IMG/VR virus record: IMGVR_UViG_3300012953_000013
Coordinates: 120,867 to 184,866 of that record
Strand: one strand, 5' to 3'
DNA: 64,000 bases
From: a virus
In this document: piece by piece, positions 59,632-64,000 of the stretch
How the letters are laid out: each line of letters opens with the position of its first letter
Numbering within the stretch: position 1 is the stretch's first letter
Position numbers and translations under genes: made by a program
Notes under the pieces: model-generated
What the model was told of the DNA's origin: nothing
Seen by the model: only the letters and a program-made list of their open reading frames with translations
The model's database searches: none

Positions 59632-61806
59632 CTAATTTAATTTAAATAAAAGTGAATCATGTTCTACCAGCGCAAAATAAAAAATTATGTCTGAATCACC
59701 ATCTCCTAAAACATAATCCTTATCTGTTCCAGAAAGTAAAAGTTGTCCGTTTAAGTAAATATCTGTCTTGTTCCAACTTTTTCCGTTTTCGCTAAAGGCA
59801 ATTCCTGGCACTTCTAACGCATAAGAGGCAGGCAAAGATCCGGTACAATCATAGGAAACTTTTTTTGGATCGGTTGACAAAATAATTTTATCGACCCCAT
59901 TATTTTCTATAGAGACACCCATGCTTCCAGTTATAACCCTCTCGTTTGTTAGATCAGGATCTAAATTCCAAGTTATAAAAGGAGCGTCACTCTTAACATT
60001 ACCGCCAGCTTCACCAACAAATTCGCCATCTGATATATAAGGATTAAATCCCGAAGTATCTAAAGGGAAAAGTAGGTCCATGTCTGTATAGAGCGCAAAA
60101 GTATTATAAGATAAAACGTCAGCATAATATTTGTTGCCGTTCAGTTCTGTCATACCAACAACCTCGGTGATTGTTACGCCCTGATTTTCGTTTAAGTTGT
60201 GATCTTCCACCGTGGTAACCACCCCAGGAACTCCCTGTGTGACATCAGAAATAGAACCTGTTACTATTCCTCCTGTAGCGGTTGATGAAATAATAACTTG
60301 GCCATTAGAAGCCGAGGTTATTTGTATAAACTTTCCAGCCACCAAGTAAGAAGATCCATCAGATAATTGCGTTAAAGATCCAGAAAGGCCCTCTGTGAAT
60401 ACCGCTTTGCCAGTATATAGGTTATCATTGGCCAGCATTGGAACAGTGCTCTGATCTATTGAAACTGTCTCTCCCGCTGAGGAACCGTTGAAGCTGAAAG
60501 CTGATATTCCCGTTCCTTCAGTTAAGCTAAACGGAGTACCCAAATCTCTACTGGCGTCTATAGCCGGCTGGATTATATTGTTCATGAAGGTACCGAAAGT
60601 ATTTTTTCTCTCTTCACTTAACGCAACATCGTAAAATACCATATAATCAGCTGATGTCGGTTGAGAAAATGGAAGGTTAGCAACATCAAGCTCAACTCCA
60701 TTTGATGTTACTTGAAGACCCCTAGAGGGAGAAGTAGCAACGCTTACTAAAGATTGAGATGATCCATCAAAATCATTCCCGGTCAATCCATCATTAAATT
60801 CTACTTTATTTGGAACTTTTTCTACTGATATTCCAGAAGAATCTATAGAAATTGTTGAGTCTGATGCTAGCACTGATACCGTTGCAGTAGAAGAGCCATC
60901 AAAATTTAAACCTGCTGGATCTAAACCATCACCCACAACTAGGGGGTTTGATAGAATTCCCGCAGAAGATAAATCAGCTATACTCTGCGCAGTAACGTAT
61001 CTAACTTGGTCACCATTTGATACGTCTCCTATCAACACTTTGTCTACTGAATCTACAGTGGCTGAGTTTAAGTTAGATGGATCTATTTTTAAGCCTGCAG
61101 AATCTACACTTAGCCCCTTATTTGATTCTATCTTAAGCGCAAGATCTACTGTCGCAGTGTTATTATATTGAGATGCTCCGAGAGTATCTCTTATTCCTCC
61201 GTTAGAATTAATCGTAAGAGGATTGTTTAAGGTGACATTCCCAGTTAAACCAAGGCTGAGTATAGAAGCTATACTTGTTACGTAGGGGGTGCCTCCGCTA
61301 GAAACTATCACATTCCAACCATCACTTATAGTTCCCGCTGGGTTTATATTGGATAAATCAAGTTTTAGCCCGCTAGAAGATACACTTATTCCCTTATAGG
61401 GTTCAGCTAAAATATCCACTGAGGTTGGTGCTGTTCCATTATAGGTAGATCCATAAGGGGTAAATCCATTTCCCATGGTGAGAACATCTGCGGGGGAAAT
61501 AGAGCCCACAGATATATTAATCTGACCATTAGACTCGCTTAATATAGTTACACCATTACCAGCAACTAAATAAGAACGGCCGTCTGGAATTTTTTGCAAC
61601 GACCCCGTAATTCCACCCGGGGCTCTTAATACGCCATAAGTCGTTAAATTAGGGTTTAATTTTTTGTCGACATTGGGGGTACCAAACTGTGTGTCCTTTG
61701 TGTATATAGACCCTTTTATCTCACCAGTTCTACTGTTTTTTACAGTAAGCTGATTAGATCTTCTAAGCTTGCCATTTGATATTTTTCCAGATGTCTTTTT
61801 AGCCAT
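59632..61806 (-). CDS. Tail-fibre-like protein (724 aa) with internal repeats
   Basis: Several repeats of about 40 aa (e.g. KGISVSSSGLKLD, KGLSVDSAGLKID, RGLQVTSNGVELD), a duplicated GSL...DG.SYLVAG...SNGQ module, and a distal ISDVTQGVPGVVTT...VVGMTELNG domain. Confidence 0.65.
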   Translation of the reverse strand: MAKKTSGKISNGKLRRSNQLTVKNSRTGEIKGSIYTKDTQFGTPNVDKKLNPNLTTYGVLRAPGGITGSLQKIPDGRSYLVAGNGVTILSESNGQINISVGSISPADVLTMGNGFTPYGSTYNGTAPTSVDILAEPYKGISVSSSGLKLDLSNINPAGTISDGWNVIVSSGGTPYVTSIASILSLGLTGNVTLNNPLTINSNGGIRDTLGASQYNNTATVDLALKIESNKGLSVDSAGLKIDPSNLNSATVDSVDKVLIGDVSNGDQVRYVTAQSIADLSSAGILSNPLVVGDGLDPAGLNFDGSSTATVSVLASDSTISIDSSGISVEKVPNKVEFNDGLTGNDFDGSSQSLVSVATSPSRGLQVTSNGVELDVANLPFSQPTSADYMVFYDVALSEERKNTFGTFMNNIIQPAIDASRDLGTPFSLTEGTGISAFSFNGSSAGETVSIDQSTVPMLANDNLYTGKAVFTEGLSGSLTQLSDGSSYLVAGKFIQITSASNGQVIISSTATGGIVTGSISDVTQGVPGVVTTVEDHNLNENQGVTITEVVGMTELNGNKYYADVLSYNTFALYTDMDLLFPLDTSGFNPYISDGEFVGEAGGNVKSDAPFITWNLDPDLTNERVITGSMGVSIENNGVDKIILSTDPKKVSYDCTGSLPASYALEVPGIAFSENGKSWNKTDIYLNGQLLLSGTDKDYVLGDGDSDIIFYFALVEHDSLLFKLN

Positions 61807-61849
61807 AGCGCATTTCCAAAAAATAAACTAACAAAATCTAATTATGAAA

Positions 61850-64000
61850 CTATTCGTAAACTGTATCGTCATCAGCTAAAACGACATCATAGGGTTCCAT
61901 TGGAATTTTGTCTGGTCTATCTCTACCGAATGGATAACTAGCATCAGATCCCCAGCATTGATCGAAAAATGGCAGCGATGATGTTGCATATGTTGAAAGA
62001 TTTCCAGACCTTGTGTTTGCTGGATCCATCTCTTCTATGATCCCAGGGTTTCCAGATGAAACTCCGTCAGGTACCCAAACCGGAGTCCTAAAAGTAATTT
62101 TAACCGGCTGTTCATTCAGCTCAATCGTATTTGCAGCATCTGCCCTTGAAGAGTTACCCATGATTGTAAATACAGAAAACTTCCTCGATTCTAGCATATC
62201 TCTAAATTGACCATAGTGATCTGACCTAAACACCGCTTGGGTATTTTGAGGTAGGGCATTAATAAGTCCATACTTCCAGCCTCTCGGCTTTTTCATTCTT
62301 CTAAATAGTCTATAAATTGGTGGATACCAACCATCTATGTTTGGCGCGCCCTCTGGATTGGCTGGATAACCAGTAGTTTCATCATCATTTATTGGATAAT
62401 GAATTTGCTCATTATGAGACTCTATTAAGTTTCCAAATCCTTCGCCCACCCCGAAAAATGTTTTTAGACTAGTTTTGGCTATCTCGCCAATGTGCGGAAC
62501 TTGACCATAGGTTTGGCTCTCCATTGTAAAACTAATTCCAAGCTGAGCACTCCCAAGATATCCTCCAGCCGAAGGAGGATTGGAAATAATTGGTGCGTAA
62601 CCAAAAAGATAGTTTAAGTCCATTCCAAGACTTCCAGATTTTGTCTGAGTCCAGGGCTGTCCCCAACCTTTATATACATCATTAGTTATCCAATTGAAAG
62701 CTGCAGCGATTCCGCCCTCTGGTGTGGACACTGCTTTTACTCCAAACCTCCTGAGCATAGGATCATCTGTTCCGGGTACTTTAGCAAATCTTGGTTCAAA
62801 TGGATATGCGCCCCACCAATCACTTGAGAATGGATTAGATAATTCTCCAATGCCTGTATTTGGTTCTCCACTAGCTCCGAACACCCCGAGAACAGCTGAC
62901 CCAGCGGATATTCCGCAAATCAAAAGATCTAGATCACCCTCATCATTCTCATTTCCAGGAACTAAACCAGAAGAAATTCCAGCGATTTCAGTTCTAAAAG
63001 GAGATAATCCCATACAAGCCCAGACCTGATCGATTCTCGGGGGTGCGGAATCCCAATAAACTTCTTCGTTGCAAGGGATGGTTACAAATCTATTAAACGA
63101 TCCAAATTCTCCTAAGTTTCCTCTTGTGGCAGTAGCTGCCACTGCACGAACAGGATTTGCCTGCAATAATCCTCCAACGAGGCTAGAGGTTGCATTTGGA
63201 ATTATTCCAAGCTGGGTTCCTCCCACATAGGGTCGGGAAAATTGCCATAGGTTCCAACCAGTTCCGGTACTATTTACAGATCCATGCATTAAAAATGGAT
63301 TTGCAGTATGGTCATTATTACTTGTACCGAAGTCCATATATGGAGTATCACCAGTACCAAGATTCCAAATAATATCTTGACCTGAAGCTGCCGACTCTAG
63401 AGAGTCCCAAAGAAAAATATATAAGGACTCATTTGAATAGGGAAAAGTGCTTGTATTGGGATTAGCAGAATCATATCCCCTGGCCCATATTGTGTATGAG
63501 CTGATTCCAGCAGTTTGAGTGCCATTAGAATCTTGCCACGTTACCCCTCCTGAGCCGTCATCGACTGCATGCAGGCTGCCGCAACAATTGTCACCGCCGC
63601 CAACATCAATCCAATATACCACAATTTTATCACCGATAACCGCTTTTCTGTACCCGTTCGCAGTAGGTATTTCGAAATCGTCAATTCCGGAAGAAGCACC
63701 TGGAAATTCTATATAGCTGTGAGTGGCCGCGACCGTACCTTCATATAAATCACCAGAAGTAGGATCTCCATTAACGAACAACTCGAAACAGTCCATGCCA
63801 GTTATTCCGTTAGGACCATTAATCGTTGCTGGGTCTACATTATCGTAATAGGTGGTTGTTCCTGGATCGAACCAGGGTTCCCTTACGTCGTCTAATACTG
63901 AGCCTGCAGGAAGAGGTTGGCCGCCGCCCGGTGGGTTCATCCACAGATTACTTCCTGGCCTGTTGTAGTTGTCATTTGGAGAAACATAATATACTCTACC
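61850..64000 (-). CDS. Partial large structural protein (5' end outside the window)
   Basis: The frame of track ORF 61850..63940 stays open to 64000 (GRVYYVSPNDNYNRPGSNLW-MNPPGG...). Rich in Gly, Ser and Pro. Confidence 0.65.
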   Translation of the reverse strand, partial: GRVYYVSPNDNYNRPGSNLWMNPPGGGQPLPAGSVLDDVREPWFDPGTTTYYDNVDPATINGPNGITGMDCFELFVNGDPTSGDLYEGTVAATHSYIEFPGASSGIDDFEIPTANGYRKAVIGDKIVVYWIDVGGGDNCCGSLHAVDDGSGGVTWQDSNGTQTAGISSYTIWARGYDSANPNTSTFPYSNESLYIFLWDSLESAASGQDIIWNLGTGDTPYMDFGTSNNDHTANPFLMHGSVNSTGTGWNLWQFSRPYVGGTQLGIIPNATSSLVGGLLQANPVRAVAATATRGNLGEFGSFNRFVTIPCNEEVYWDSAPPRIDQVWACMGLSPFRTEIAGISSGLVPGNENDEGDLDLLICGISAGSAVLGVFGASGEPNTGIGELSNPFSSDWWGAYPFEPRFAKVPGTDDPMLRRFGVKAVSTPEGGIAAAFNWITNDVYKGWGQPWTQTKSGSLGMDLNYLFGYAPIISNPPSAGGYLGSAQLGISFTMESQTYGQVPHIGEIAKTSLKTFFGVGEGFGNLIESHNEQIHYPINDDETTGYPANPEGAPNIDGWYPPIYRLFRRMKKPRGWKYGLINALPQNTQAVFRSDHYGQFRDMLESRKFSVFTIMGNSSRADAANTIELNEQPVKITFRTPVWVPDGVSSGNPGIIEEMDPANTRSGNLSTYATSSLPFFDQCWGSDASYPFGRDRPDKIPMEPYDVVLADDDTVYE

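Noticed and set aside
51-63716. The other short plus-strand ORFs and off-frame minus-strand ORFs in the track
   Set aside because: All lie within longer, motif-bearing minus-strand genes and lack RBSs or recognisable motifs.
1-64000. Stop-codon reassignment (as seen in some large phages)
   Set aside because: Genes are full length and tile tightly under code 11, and TAA, TAG and TGA all act as true stops.

Overview
The window is 64 kb of a large tailed-phage genome, most likely a jumbo myovirus with T4-like head and tail genes. Essentially every real gene lies on the minus strand in one densely packed block that runs off both edges of the window. In transcription order (right to left) it encodes: fibre/structural proteins; a cluster of very large unrecognised proteins (probably baseplate or distal tail); a RuvC-like resolvase, a primase and a fused Mre11-Rad50 nuclease; terminase large subunit, portal, prohead protease, scaffold and major capsid protein; a tubulin/FtsZ-family GTPase; three neck/tail-terminator proteins; two tandem tail-sheath paralogues; the tail tube; a tail-assembly chaperone pair joined by a probable +1/-2 frameshift; the tape measure; a tube-initiator-like protein; a LysM/gpX-like protein; and a partial hub-like gene. 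Non-coding signals seen directly in the sequence are three intrinsic terminators, a recurrent ATANTTA motif upstream of about 18 genes (putative late promoter), and a long hairpin that buries the RBS and AUG of the first neck gene with the promoter motif in its loop. I found no tRNA, rRNA, CRISPR array, intron, intein or transposase. Family assignments come from recognising motifs by eye plus gene order, not from database searches.
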